Assembly (NCBI GenBank): GCA_050246815.1
Contig: JBFWVI010000014.1
Location: 1-62,038, forward strand
From: Bdellovibrionales bacterium
GTDB lineage: Bacteria > Bdellovibrionota > Bdellovibrionia > Bdellovibrionales > UBA1609
Direction of reading: 5' to 3'
DNA: 62,038 nucleotides
Positions 27,438-37,471 of this stretch are shown one piece after another. The notes beneath the pieces are model-generated. The model was not told the origin of the DNA and did not search any database. It worked only from the letters and a program-made list of their open reading frames with translations. The translations under genes and the position numbers were made by a program. Position 1 is the stretch's first letter. Every line of letters starts with the position of its first letter.

Positions 27438-28172
27438 TTAGCGACGCTGACGGTCGTCATAGCGGCGCAAAATGTCGCGAAGCGGTGCGATCTGCTCCTG
27501 AGTCTGAAGATTCTGGACACCGCCGGCCATTCTGACCGAATCTTGCAAATCACGCACGGCTTGCACCAATTGCTGCTGCTGCTCGGGAACCAATGTCTCT
27601 CTGCTTGACGACAGGATCAACTTGCTGTTGTCGCGCAAACAGTCGACGTGCTTTTCAAGGCTTGCTCGCTCGGTGCTGTCGCAAGTCAAGCAAGAGACTT
27701 TGCCCACCATCGCGGTTCTGTTGACCATAAACAATTCAAGCATGTGCGCATTGGGTAGCACGTTAAACTCGTGCTCGGAAACCCCGCAGTGAACGCCCCG
27801 CAATTCACGCGGCGGATATTGAGTGACACTCACGTTGCAAGTGTACTGGTAACGGGCCACTCCCAAAATCTTTTCACGGCTCTCCGCCACCGGAGTCGAT
27901 TGGATCAGTGTGGCCTTGGCGCCCACTAGGCTGTTATCGAATTCATATTTGCTGCGCAGACTTTCGCAAACCCATCGCTGGTCTTGACCACCCCTCAACC
28001 AATCACTTTGCAAGGACAGACTGAAGGGGCCGGTGCGAGCTTGTGTGGGATCAGCGCCATGCATGGCGTGTGCACAAATTTTATATGGTTGCACCAAATA
28101 GGCCGATTTGCATTCGACCTTTGCCAAGGCTGGCAATGTCCAGAGAGTCGACAACAACAATAATAGTTTCAT
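27438..28172 (-). CDS. Secreted Cys-rich hypothetical protein
   Basis: Signal peptide ending ALA; AAGGAG SD; eight Cys; sigma54 promoter upstream. Confidence 0.78.
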   Translation of the reverse strand: MKLLLLLSTLWTLPALAKVECKSAYLVQPYKICAHAMHGADPTQARTGPFSLSLQSDWLRGGQDQRWVCESLRSKYEFDNSLVGAKATLIQSTPVAESREKILGVARYQYTCNVSVTQYPPRELRGVHCGVSEHEFNVLPNAHMLELFMVNRTAMVGKVSCLTCDSTERASLEKHVDCLRDNSKLILSSSRETLVPEQQQQLVQAVRDLQDSVRMAGGVQNLQTQEQIAPLRDILRRYDDRQRR

Positions 28173-28216
28173 AAGCCCGGTTCTCCTTCAGCATAAGATG
28201 ATCAGGGCTTCACCTT

Positions 28217-28232
28217 AGCAAAAGACATACCA
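28217..28232 (-). promoter_or_regulatory. Putative sigma54 promoter
   Basis: TGGTATGTCTTTTGCT fits GG-N10-GC with TTGC. Confidence 0.65.
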
Positions 28233-28251
28233 CCACCAAATGAGGACAAAC

Positions 28252-28944
28252 CTAAAGAATCAAAGGCACAAAGGGCTTTGCTTTTTCCTCTTCCAAGCGC
28301 CGCAGAAACTGCGCGCGTGGAATGTAGCGCCCACCGAGACTCTTCAAACCCTCTGTCACCATCTGCGTGTCCATCCATTGATGCCCCTGGGCCTTCAGAC
28401 GCTCAACCAGCCACCACAGGCAATATTTTGAAGCATTGTCCTTGCGATAGAACATGCTTTCACCGGCAAACAGATTCGCCACATAAACGCCGTACAGTCC
28501 GCCGACCAGTTGATCTTGCTGCCAGCACTCGATGGAATGGGCATAGCCGGCCCGGTGAAATTCAAGGTAAGCTTTCTCAATATCCGGGGTTATCCATGTG
28601 CCACTTTGACCCGGGCGCGGAGCCTGGGCACAAGCGCGAATCACCTCGACAAAATTTTGGTTGGCTGTGATTCGCCATTTGGTTTGACGCAAGAACTTTT
28701 GAAAACTTTTTGACCAGTGCAAACTTTTAAACTCCAAAATTCCGCGCCGTTCGGGCGAAAACCAAAGCACAGGTAAGCCTTCTTGCGGCCAGGGAAAGAT
28801 CCCAAAGCTATAGGCCTCAAGCAAGTTCTCAAGTGAAAGTGCACCGCCCACCATCACCAAACCGTCGGTCAGCGACAGCCTTGGGTCCGGAAAAAACCGG
28901 CGCAGCGGGGCAAAAGGTGGTCGATTTTGGTTAGTGGAGCTCAC
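28252..28944 (-). CDS. aat: Leucyl/phenylalanyl-tRNA--protein transferase
   Basis: AYSFGIFPW, WFSPERR, GTWIT, AHSIECW, GGLYGV and GESMF motifs; GTGA overlap with the recQ stop. Confidence 0.93.
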   Translation of the reverse strand: MSSTNQNRPPFAPLRRFFPDPRLSLTDGLVMVGGALSLENLLEAYSFGIFPWPQEGLPVLWFSPERRGILEFKSLHWSKSFQKFLRQTKWRITANQNFVEVIRACAQAPRPGQSGTWITPDIEKAYLEFHRAGYAHSIECWQQDQLVGGLYGVYVANLFAGESMFYRKDNASKYCLWWLVERLKAQGHQWMDTQMVTEGLKSLGGRYIPRAQFLRRLEEEKAKPFVPLIL

Positions 28945-30395
28945 GACACAAAACCTTTTGCGGGTACACACACGTCGCACATCCCACAGGGCTGGCGATT
29001 GTCGTGGCCAAAATATTCGTAGATACGCACCTTGCGACAGGTGTCGATCGTCATCCACTGTACCAATTGTAATAGCTTTTCATTTTGTACACGTGCCCGA
29101 ATTTCATGCAGCCGTTGCTCCAGCCACTCCCCATCCGGTTCTGCCACGGCAGAGATTTGTCGATAATCGTGATGGGGCCAGTCGATCGCGCCCCAGCGTT
29201 CAAGCCAGTTGAGCGCCGTTTCAAGGCGAAAATCGCGGCGATTATGAAACAACAATTGCCCGCGCAAATAATCGCCACCTTCTTGCCGCACGCGAAGCGT
29301 ATTGTTGGCGATCAGCTTGTAAGTGGCGCGCACAAACTCAGGGTCGGGATTGGTCCACTTTAAAAAATCCATCTGAATCGACACATCGTCATTGTCGTAA
29401 AGCAGCTCACAAAGCGACGGCTGGCCGTCGCGGCCTGCTCGACCAACCTCTTGATAATAGGCCTCAAGCGAGTTGGGAATTTCACAATGGACCACCACTC
29501 TGACATCTGGTTTGTCGACCCCCAAGCCGAAGGCAGGTGTCGCCAACATCATCTGTGACTGGCCACTCATAAACGCGTGCTGCTGTTCGCGGCGCTGTCG
29601 ATCATTCAACTGGCCATGATAGGTCACATGAGGGATGTTCAACCGCGAAAGTTCCGCACTGATTTTTTCTAGCGAGCCTATCAACGAAAAATACGCGATC
29701 ATAGGCCCTTGATGCTGGAAGCGCAAAGCCACAAGTGAGCGCACTTTTTCATCCTGGCCATACACCTCTCGTACTGCCAAAAATAAATTGGACCGTTCAA
29801 GGCCCACATTCCACACCGGTTCACCCACCAGTCCCAAGTTTTCAACAATTTCTTTTTGTACCGCCTGGGTGGCCGTCGCAGTCAGGGCCAAGGTGGGCGG
29901 ATTACCCATGGTTTTTCGCCGCTCTCCGATGCGGGCGTACTCTGGTCTGAAATCATGGCCCCACTGACTGATGCAATGGGCTTCGTCGATGGCCAGCAGC
30001 GAAATTTCGCTTGGGCTTACCGCCTCCCAAAACTCGGGCATTTTCAAGCGTTCGGGCGTCACGTAAAGCAATTTGATCTGCCCCGCCTTCACCTGCTGCC
30101 ATCGTTTTTCACGCTCATCGCGCGAAATCGAAGAGTTAATAAAGGTGGCTTTAAGCCCGCGCTTTCGCGCTGCCGTGACTTGATCCTCGGCCAAGGCAAT
30201 CAAAGGCGAAACAACCAGAGTGAGTTTGGGCAAAACTAGACTGGGCAGTTGGTAGCAAACGCTTTTGCCATAGCCCGTCGGCATGATGGCCACGCCGCTG
30301 CCACCTTTTAAGACCTGCTGAATCACTTCGCTTTGAGGCGTACGAAACGCCGGATGGCCGAACGTTTTAAGTAAAAGGTCTTCCAGCTGATCCAT
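28941..30395 (-). CDS. recQ: RecQ-family DNA helicase (short, no HRDC)
   Basis: MPTGYGKS, DEAHCISQWGHDFRP, ALTATA and QEVGRAGRDG motifs; C-terminal Zn motif CR...CGMCDVC. Confidence 0.92.
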   Translation of the reverse strand: MDQLEDLLLKTFGHPAFRTPQSEVIQQVLKGGSGVAIMPTGYGKSVCYQLPSLVLPKLTLVVSPLIALAEDQVTAARKRGLKATFINSSISRDEREKRWQQVKAGQIKLLYVTPERLKMPEFWEAVSPSEISLLAIDEAHCISQWGHDFRPEYARIGERRKTMGNPPTLALTATATQAVQKEIVENLGLVGEPVWNVGLERSNLFLAVREVYGQDEKVRSLVALRFQHQGPMIAYFSLIGSLEKISAELSRLNIPHVTYHGQLNDRQRREQQHAFMSGQSQMMLATPAFGLGVDKPDVRVVVHCEIPNSLEAYYQEVGRAGRDGQPSLCELLYDNDDVSIQMDFLKWTNPDPEFVRATYKLIANNTLRVRQEGGDYLRGQLLFHNRRDFRLETALNWLERWGAIDWPHHDYRQISAVAEPDGEWLEQRLHEIRARVQNEKLLQLVQWMTIDTCRKVRIYEYFGHDNRQPCGMCDVCVPAKGFVS

Positions 30396-30498
30396 GCCCC
30401 CCCAGCGCCTTAAGCAATTGAAATTATGCATTTTTTTAGATCCCTTGAGGAGGAAAAAGCATCCCTCGGCAAAGGGGCCAGACCGATGAAATAGAGTT

Positions 30499-30527
30499 TT
30501 GCACTTTGTGGCCACCCATGTTACATC
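30499..30527 (+). promoter_or_regulatory. Putative sigma70 promoter of fusA-dcd
   Basis: TTGCAC-N17-TACATC with extended -10 TG. Confidence 0.45.
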
Positions 30528-30613
30528 CTTGCGACGCAATATTTGACGGCTAAATGACGGGATTGACCCAGTTTTCTAGGAATTCCCTTCGCCAACACTT
30601 GAGAGGAAAGTAT

Positions 30614-32722
30614 ATGGCCAACAACCAATGGGTTTTGGAAAAAGTCCGCAACATCGGGATCTCGGCCCACATCGATTCCGGTAAAACCACTTTGACCGAG
30701 CGGATCTTGTTTTACACTGGCCGCATTCATGCCATTCACGAAGTGAAGGGCAAAGACGGCGTCGGCGCCACCATGGATCACATGGAACTTGAGCGCGAAC
30801 GCGGTATCACCATTCAATCTGCCGCCACCAACGTGGCGTGGAAAGACATCGAGATCAACATCATCGACACTCCCGGGCACGTGGACTTCACCATCGAAGT
30901 GGAGCGTTCACTTCGTGTCTTGGATGGCGCCATCCTTGTTCTTTGCGGTGTGGCCGGCGTGCAATCACAGTCGATCACAGTGGACCGTCAAATGCGCCGC
31001 TACAAAGTTCCGCGCTTGGCCTTCATCAACAAACTGGATCGCGCTGGCGCCAACCCCTTCCGCGTGGTGGAAGCCCTGCGTGAAAAACTTCGCCACAACG
31101 CCGTGCTGATGGAAATCCCGATCGGTGCCGAAGACAAACTCGAAGGTGTCGTCGACTTGGTCAAAATGAAAGCTTTTTACTTCCACGGCCCGAACGGCGA
31201 GAAAATTGAAGAAAAAGAAATTCCCGCCAATATGATGGAAGACGCGAAAAAGTATCGCCACGAATTGATCGGCAAAGCCGCTGATTTTGACGATGCTGTG
31301 GCTGAAAAATTCTTGATGGAAGAAGAGCCCAGCAACGACGAAATCAAAGCCGCCATCCGCAAAGGCACTTTGAAGCTGGATCTCACTCCGGTGTTTATGG
31401 GCTCAGCCTACAAAAATAAAGGTGTGCAGCTGCTGCTCGACGGTGTGGCTGATTATCTGCCAAATCCTGGCGAAGTGGCCAACCAAGCTTTAGATCTGGA
31501 CAACAAAGAAGCCCCGGTTCCTTTGACTTCTGAGCCCGACAAACCTTTGGTCGCTTTGGCCTTCAAATTGGAAGACGGCAAGTATGGTCAGCTGACTTAC
31601 ATGCGCATTTATCAAGGCACAATGAAAAAAGGCGATTTCATTATCAACGTGGTAAACGGCAAAAAAGTGAAAGTGCCGCGCCTCGTGCACATGCACGCCG
31701 ATGAAATGAAAGACTGCGAAGAGGCGCGCGCGGGGGACATTGTTGCTGTGTTTGGTATCGATTGCTCTTCGGGCGACACCTTCACCGATGGCAAGGTGAA
31801 CTTTGCCATGAGCTCGATGTTTGTACCGGATGCGGTGATTTCACTGGCGATTCGCCCAAAAGAAAAAACCGCCGACGCCAATTTCTCGAAAGCTCTGCAA
31901 AAATTCCGCAAAGAAGATCCGACCTTCCGCGTGAAACGCGACGAAGAGTCGAACGAAACCATCATTTCGGGGATGGGCGAGCTTCACTTAGAAATTTACA
32001 TGGAGCGCATGAAGCGCGAGTTCAACTGTGAAGTTTTGGCTGGCGCACCCCAAGTGGCGTATCGCGAAACGATCGGCCAACCGGTCAACTTCGATTACAC
32101 GCACAAAAAGCAAACCGGTGGCTCGGGTCAGTACGCCAAAATCGTCGGCACAATGGAACCCTATGACAGCCCGGATAAAACCTACGAATTCGAAAACGAT
32201 ATCGTGGGCGGTAAAATTCCGAAAGAATTCATCCCGGCCGTGGATCGTGGCTTCCAGGAGCAGATGGTCAAAGGTCTGTTGATCGGATTCCCCGTCGTCG
32301 GCGTGAAAGTCACCCTGACCGACGGCGCGTACCACGACGTGGATTCAAGCGAGATGGCGTTCCGTATTTGCGCGCAAACCGCATTCCGCGAATTCTATCA
32401 CCAAGCCAAGCCAGTTGTACTGGAGCCGATCATGAAACTGGAAACTTCGGCTCCCGAAGAATTCCAAGGTAACGTGATGGGCCAGGTCAACCAACGCCGC
32501 GGTATCATCCAAGGCACCAACACCAACGAAGGTTTCGTGGTGGTGGAAGCCGAAGTGCCGCTGTCAGAAATGTTCGGCTATTCAACCGATCTGCGTTCGG
32601 CCACCCAAGGTAAGGGCGAGTTCACTATGGAATTCTCTCGCTATGCCCAAGTGCCGCGCGCGATCCAAGAAGAACTGGTTAAAAAATATCAGCAAAAACG
32701 CGCAGAAGAGGCGAAGAAGTAA
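30614..32722 (+). CDS. fusA: Elongation factor G (spd/mitochondrial EF-G1 type), outside the str operon
   Basis: [37 protein letters not shown] and [11 protein letters not shown] motifs; GAGG SD. Confidence 0.97.
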   Translation: MANNQWVLEKVRNIGISAHIDSGKTTLTERILFYTGRIHAIHEVKGKDGVGATMDHMELERERGITIQSAATNVAWKDIEINIIDTPGHVDFTIEVERSLRVLDGAILVLCGVAGVQSQSITVDRQMRRYKVPRLAFINKLDRAGANPFRVVEALREKLRHNAVLMEIPIGAEDKLEGVVDLVKMKAFYFHGPNGEKIEEKEIPANMMEDAKKYRHELIGKAADFDDAVAEKFLMEEEPSNDEIKAAIRKGTLKLDLTPVFMGSAYKNKGVQLLLDGVADYLPNPGEVANQALDLDNKEAPVPLTSEPDKPLVALAFKLEDGKYGQLTYMRIYQGTMKKGDFIINVVNGKKVKVPRLVHMHADEMKDCEEARAGDIVAVFGIDCSSGDTFTDGKVNFAMSSMFVPDAVISLAIRPKEKTADANFSKALQKFRKEDPTFRVKRDEESNETIISGMGELHLEIYMERMKREFNCEVLAGAPQVAYRETIGQPVNFDYTHKKQTGGSGQYAKIVGTMEPYDSPDKTYEFENDIVGGKIPKEFIPAVDRGFQEQMVKGLLIGFPVVGVKVTLTDGAYHDVDSSEMAFRICAQTAFREFYHQAKPVVLEPIMKLETSAPEEFQGNVMGQVNQRRGIIQGTNTNEGFVVVEAEVPLSEMFGYSTDLRSATQGKGEFTMEFSRYAQVPRAIQEELVKKYQQKRAEEAKK

Positions 32723-32723
32723 A

Positions 32724-33269
32724 ATGATCTTATCGGACCGCTCCTTACAAACGCTGATCAAAAGTGGTGAGTTGGTGGTGGAGCCGATCAATCATGAATC
32801 GATTCAGCCGGCGTCGATCGACTGCCGGCTTGATCGTCACTTTTTGATGGTCGAAGACCGCAGCATGCAGATCATCGACCTGAATACAGAAGTCACTTAT
32901 CGTGAATACGAAGGCGATGCGATCACCATCCCTCCCCATTCGTTTTTGTTGGCTACAACGATGGAGTACATCAAGCTACCCGACAATCTGACCGCCTTTG
33001 TAGAAGGGCGAAGCTCCATCGGCCGAATTGGATTATTTATTCAAAATGCGGGCTGGGTTGACCCGGGCTTTGAAGGCCAAATCACTCTTGAGCTGTACAA
33101 CGCCAATTCACTGCCGATTCGTCTAGAAGCCGGCCGCCGAATTTGCCAGCTGGTCTTTTGCCGTATGGACCAAGCCGCACTAACGCCATACCGCGGCAAA
33201 TACCAAGGCCAACGTCGTGCCACTGGAAGTCTGGTGAGCCACGACAACGAATCTAGCCGCCGCCGCTAA
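32724..33269 (+). CDS. dcd: dCTP deaminase
   Basis: MILSD, IQPASID, EGRSSIGR, DPGFEGQITLE and KYQGQ motifs. Confidence 0.95.
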   Translation: MILSDRSLQTLIKSGELVVEPINHESIQPASIDCRLDRHFLMVEDRSMQIIDLNTEVTYREYEGDAITIPPHSFLLATTMEYIKLPDNLTAFVEGRSSIGRIGLFIQNAGWVDPGFEGQITLELYNANSLPIRLEAGRRICQLVFCRMDQAALTPYRGKYQGQRRATGSLVSHDNESSRRR

Positions 33270-33349
33270 TTACACACCTCGTCCAACATCAATATGATGT
33301 CCAGTCTAACTGGAGTCCCTCCCCCCTTAATGATATCTATATTAGTTCG

Positions 33350-34390
33350 ATGGGTACGCTGATCTTTTTAATTGTCCTTTCTTGTGCCTTGTCTTTCATT
33401 TGCGCCATTTTAGAAGCTGTGCTGCTGTCCACCACACCTTCTTTTATCGCCATGGCGGTCAAGAACGGACATCATTACGGTGTTTTGCTTGAGCGCTTGA
33501 AAAGCAATATCAATCGCCCGATTTCTGCGATCTTAAGCGTGAATACGCTGGCCAATACGGTCGGCGGAGCCCTAGTCGGCGCCCAAGTGATCCAAACCTA
33601 TGGCGACAAGTTTTTAGCCATGATCTCAGGAATCGCCACCGTATTTTTTCTGATCTTCGGCGAACTCGCCCCCAAAGTCTTGGGTGCCTCTAACTGGAAG
33701 AGCCTAGCCCCTATTTGCGCCTATCTGATCAACGTTCTGATTTATATCACCTATCCGTTTGTGTGGCTGTCCGAGAAGCTTTCAAAACTGGTGGGTGCCG
33801 AACCGGAAAGCGCAGTTTCGCGCGAAGAGGTTATTGTCACCGCCGAAATGGGCGCGGATGAGGGCACCATCCGTCCTAAAGAAAGCGCCATCATTAGAAA
33901 CCTGCTGATGCTCGACAAAATGAAAGTGGCGGATATTATGACTCCGCGCTCGGTGATTTACGCTTTTGAAAGCGGCACGATGGTCAGCGATGTGATGGCC
34001 AAGAATAAACCGATTCGCTTTTCACGCATCCCGATCTACAAGGAAGATTTGGATCATATTTTGGGCGTCGTGCACCGCTATAAAATTCTAGAGGCCGCTT
34101 CACACGATCACGACAGCCTCTTATTAGACAGCATGATGACCCCGGTGCACACTGTGCCCGAAAATATCTCTGTGGCCGCAGCCTTGGATCAGTTTATCAA
34201 ACGACACGAGCATATTTTTTTGGCAATTGATGATTACGGCTCCACAACCGGAATCGTCAGCTTGGAAGATGCGATTGAAACCCTTTTGGGCGTTGAGATC
34301 GTCGACGAATTTGATTCTGTGGCTGACTTACGCCAGCTTGCCCTGGATCAATGGCGTGAAAGAAAGCAAAAGCTGCAAAACGCGAAGTGA
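33350..34390 (+). CDS. CNNM (DUF21)-CBS domain protein, HlyC/CorC family
   Basis: N-terminal TMs with ELAPK; CBS pair IMTPR, FSRIP and LEDAIETLLGVEIVDE. Confidence 0.92.
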   Translation: MGTLIFLIVLSCALSFICAILEAVLLSTTPSFIAMAVKNGHHYGVLLERLKSNINRPISAILSVNTLANTVGGALVGAQVIQTYGDKFLAMISGIATVFFLIFGELAPKVLGASNWKSLAPICAYLINVLIYITYPFVWLSEKLSKLVGAEPESAVSREEVIVTAEMGADEGTIRPKESAIIRNLLMLDKMKVADIMTPRSVIYAFESGTMVSDVMAKNKPIRFSRIPIYKEDLDHILGVVHRYKILEAASHDHDSLLLDSMMTPVHTVPENISVAAALDQFIKRHEHIFLAIDDYGSTTGIVSLEDAIETLLGVEIVDEFDSVADLRQLALDQWRERKQKLQNAK

Positions 34391-34401
34391 GACGCTACGA
34401 C

Positions 34402-34488
34402 TTAAAGCCCGACCACCATGGTGCGTGTCGCCACAACCATCGCGGCGGTCAGCAGTAGCAAGATGATGTAGACGGTCCTTGTCTTCAT
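34402..34488 (-). CDS. Putative 28-aa hydrophobic small protein MKTRTVYIILLLLTAAMVVATRTMVVGL
   Basis: GGAGG SD 9 nt before ATG 34488, TAA at 34404-34402 and its own sigma54-like promoter. It fills the gap between two convergent genes. Confidence 0.62.
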   Translation of the reverse strand: MKTRTVYIILLLLTAAMVVATRTMVVGL

Positions 34489-34536
34489 TGCTTTCCCCCT
34501 CCAGCCGGTGCCTTTTGACCCCCAGCCAGACGAAGA

Positions 34537-34552
34537 AGCAGATTCCATGCCA
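34537..34552 (-). promoter_or_regulatory. Putative sigma54 promoter for the 28-aa ORF
   Basis: TGGCATGGAATCTGCT fits TGGCA...GG-N10-GC. Confidence 0.6.
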
Positions 34553-34575
34553 CAGTCTACTGTAGCGAGTTTGCG

Positions 34576-34983
34576 CTATTTGTTGCGAAGCAGATCACGA
34601 ATTTCCGTCAAAAGCTGCACCTCGGGCGGAGGTGGTAGCGGAGTGCTCCCAGCCGGCGGGGGTTGACGCTTTAAGCGGTTAATCAGCTTCACCGCCATAA
34701 AAATCGCCCAGGCCACAATCACAAAATCAAAGACCGTTTGCAAAAACGCACCGTAACGCAAGGCCACTTCGGCCTGACCGTCTACGGCGGCTTTCAAAAC
34801 TATTTTTAATTGTGAAAAATCCACGCCGCCAACCAAAAGGCCAATGGGAGGCATGATCAGGTCACCCACCACAGAACTGACAACCTTGCCGAAAGCCGCG
34901 CCGATCACCACACCGACCGCCATATCGACAACATTGCCCTTCACCGCAAATTCACGAAATTCTTTTAAAGTCTGCATCATCAT
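34576..34983 (-). CDS. mscL: Large-conductance mechanosensitive channel
   Basis: [32 protein letters not shown] and LLTEIRDLL motifs. Confidence 0.97.
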   Translation of the reverse strand: MMMQTLKEFREFAVKGNVVDMAVGVVIGAAFGKVVSSVVGDLIMPPIGLLVGGVDFSQLKIVLKAAVDGQAEVALRYGAFLQTVFDFVIVAWAIFMAVKLINRLKRQPPPAGSTPLPPPPEVQLLTEIRDLLRNK

Positions 34984-34995
34984 GTTCTAGGCTCC

Positions 34996-35976
34996 TTACA
35001 ACAGTTGATAGGTCACGCTGACCAACAACAGGGTTTGCATTTGGGTTTTGTCCAATAACTGTGGTTGCTTGAAAATACGGGCGGTGTAATCGACCGACAT
35101 CCATTCATAAATCTTCGAAGTGATGCGCGCTTTCACATCCCAGTTGGTCAGTTCAAGTTTACTTCGATCATCACCCGCTTTTTGATTGGCCACGAAAGGC
35201 GTCAGGAATTCGCCTTCAAGTGAGTACGAAGACTTTGCGTCCCAGTTGCCCTTAAAAAGAAAACCACCCTCAAAACCCACTTGCTCATAACTATCCAAGT
35301 CGACCACTTCGATATTTGCTGTTGAGGCGTCGTCTTTCACAGCGCGCTGATTTTTGGCGTTGACCTGCACGGCGCCTAGGCCAGCGCGAGCCTCAAGCTT
35401 CATGGTGTCTTTGGTGATAATTTTGAAAAATCCACCGGCCGATTCTTTGGTGGTGAGGGGCTTAAGCCCGTCCGTCAAACGCACGCTTGTTCCGGTCAAA
35501 GTACTGCCGTCCGCAAATTGATAGGTCTTTGCTTCTGAACGCACATCTTCGCCTTTGAAAATGGCGGTTTCGGCCGACGCTTTCACATAGGGACCAAACC
35601 AAGGCGTGTTGGCCAGGGTGTGCAGATACATACTCTCAATTTTTAATTCATCTTTCACTTTCACATAACGGGGCACCGCCGGCGTGCGACTGGCCGATTC
35701 GCCGATCTTCAAATCATTACGCCACTCGCTTTGCTCTTTAATTTGATTCAACTGACCTTCAATGTTGAGTCCGTAAGTATTGCTTTGACCGTTGGGCTGA
35801 CCAATGACGTTTTCGCTACTACCAAACGAAAGACTCCCACCTAAAATTAGTTTTTTGTGCCAGCCCAAGACTGTTTTTTCGGACTGCTTAACTTCTTCTT
35901 TTTGAGTGACGGCTTGGATTTGACCCCAACTGGGTAAAGCCCAAAGCAAAGTGCCAATGAAGACCAGATGACGCAT
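34996..35976 (-). CDS. Putative outer-membrane beta-barrel protein (DUF3078-like)
   Basis: Signal peptide; amphipathic beta-strands; VKVKDELKIES motif; ends LLVSVTYQLL. Confidence 0.65.
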   Translation of the reverse strand: MRHLVFIGTLLWALPSWGQIQAVTQKEEVKQSEKTVLGWHKKLILGGSLSFGSSENVIGQPNGQSNTYGLNIEGQLNQIKEQSEWRNDLKIGESASRTPAVPRYVKVKDELKIESMYLHTLANTPWFGPYVKASAETAIFKGEDVRSEAKTYQFADGSTLTGTSVRLTDGLKPLTTKESAGGFFKIITKDTMKLEARAGLGAVQVNAKNQRAVKDDASTANIEVVDLDSYEQVGFEGGFLFKGNWDAKSSYSLEGEFLTPFVANQKAGDDRSKLELTNWDVKARITSKIYEWMSVDYTARIFKQPQLLDKTQMQTLLLVSVTYQLL

Positions 35977-36100
35977 AGGTAGACCTTTCAGAATAAGATT
36001 GGTGCATTCTTACCGTCTGTGGCCAGGGGTATCAAGGCTCAGGTTTGCCGCGCCGGGGTATATATGTTAGCAAGCCGTGAACTTGAAGGAGATTACACAA

Positions 36101-36619
36101 ATGCAGCGCTCAGAGCTTGCCCGTGAAATTGTCAAAGTTGCCCATCTGACCGGCCATTTTGTTTTACGTTCCGGCAAAACCTCAACCGAGTATTTTGATA
36201 AGTATCGCTTCGAAGCACAGCCCCAACTGCTTGCCGCTATTGCCAAACAAATGGCGCCCCTGATCCCCAAAGGCACTGAGGCTTTAGCTGGCCTTGAAAT
36301 GGGTGGCATTCCGATTGCCACCGCACTGTCTCTGGAAACCGGAATCCCGGCCGTGTTTGTACGCAAAGAAGCTAAAGAGTACGGCACTCGCCAATTTGCC
36401 GAAGGCTTGAACGTCGAGGGCAAACAACTTTGTATTATCGAGGATGTGATCACCACGGGCGGGCAAGTTCTGACTTCCACCAAAGACCTCAAAAGCCTTG
36501 GCGCCAAAGTTGAAAATGTTTTGTGCGTGATCTACCGGGGAGAAGCGAGCCCCGAGTCTTTCAAGAAAGATGGTTTAAACGTCAAAGCCCTCTTCACCAA
36601 AGCCGACCTCGTAGGCTAA
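36101..36619 (+). CDS. pyrE: Orotate phosphoribosyltransferase
   Basis: GHFVLRSGK, YFDKY, RKEAKEYG and IIEDVITTGG (PRPP loop) motifs; AAGGAG SD. Confidence 0.93.
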   Translation: MQRSELAREIVKVAHLTGHFVLRSGKTSTEYFDKYRFEAQPQLLAAIAKQMAPLIPKGTEALAGLEMGGIPIATALSLETGIPAVFVRKEAKEYGTRQFAEGLNVEGKQLCIIEDVITTGGQVLTSTKDLKSLGAKVENVLCVIYRGEASPESFKKDGLNVKALFTKADLVG

Positions 36620-36620
36620 G

Positions 36621-36710
36621 GCGCTAAGGTGCCTGGCTACTTTTGGTTTAGCAATGCGTCAGACCAGTCTGACGCATTGCTAAACCAAAAGTAGCCAGGC
36701 ACCTTAGCGC
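36621..36710. repeat. Perfect 44-bp inverted repeat with 2-nt spacer (REP-like hairpin, possible bidirectional terminator)
   Basis: 36621-36664 is the exact reverse complement of 36667-36710; the spacer is CA. Confidence 0.97.
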
Positions 36711-37471
36711 AAGCCCACCACGTAGGCGATCCATGCCGTACAGTCGGCGTCACCTTTGGTTCCGGGTCTGAAATCGCCGTGGTCGTCTTCCCAGTAGACC
36801 GCAGTTTTGCGGAACCCCGCATCCAGCATTGCTTCTCTGATTTCTGGCAAACTCCACATTCGCCAGTCGTAACAGAACACCTTTTTACGAATCTTTTCAC
36901 CGTCACGTTTGAAATGAATTTGGAATTTAGCCAAATTGGTGATGGGTTCGAAGTTCACCTGCTCCCAAAAGTACGTGTAACCGCGTTTGCGTGTACGGTC
37001 TACATTGGCCTCTGCGCAAGCTGGCCCCCCGAACGCATCCACAACAAAAATCCCTCGGCCGCTCAAACCCGCATAGGCATGACGAAAGTAGTTCAATAAC
37101 TCTTTACGGGTTTTAAAAATGTAATAAGAAAAATTCAAAGCCAACACCACATCAGCAAGTCCCGGTCGCGCGGTCAAAACATTGGCTTGCAGAAGTTTAA
37201 GACGTTTCTGCTGAGCCGTGGTGAGTCGCGGCAAATAGTGCTCGCAACCGTAGGCTAATGGTTCGGGATCCAAATCGATGCCGATTCCCTTTGTCTGCGG
37301 ATTGATCTTCACCCACTCGCAAAGGTTGGCGAATGTACCGCAAAAGTCTTCATGCAAGACCTTGGGCTTTCGCCCTCGCAAACGGCGATACAGGTTGAAC
37401 ATAAAACGAGCATCGACATCGGGGGCTTGAACCGCATCACGATAGTACCAATACTTATCAAATGGCTTCAA
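36704..37471 (-). CDS. Class I SAM-dependent methyltransferase
   Basis: EDFCGT, GIDLD, ALNFSY and YDWRMWSLPE motifs; TTGA overlap with the E1-beta stop. Confidence 0.83.
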   Translation of the reverse strand: MKPFDKYWYYRDAVQAPDVDARFMFNLYRRLRGRKPKVLHEDFCGTFANLCEWVKINPQTKGIGIDLDPEPLAYGCEHYLPRLTTAQQKRLKLLQANVLTARPGLADVVLALNFSYYIFKTRKELLNYFRHAYAGLSGRGIFVVDAFGGPACAEANVDRTRKRGYTYFWEQVNFEPITNLAKFQIHFKRDGEKIRKKVFCYDWRMWSLPEIREAMLDAGFRKTAVYWEDDHGDFRPGTKGDADCTAWIAYVVGLR

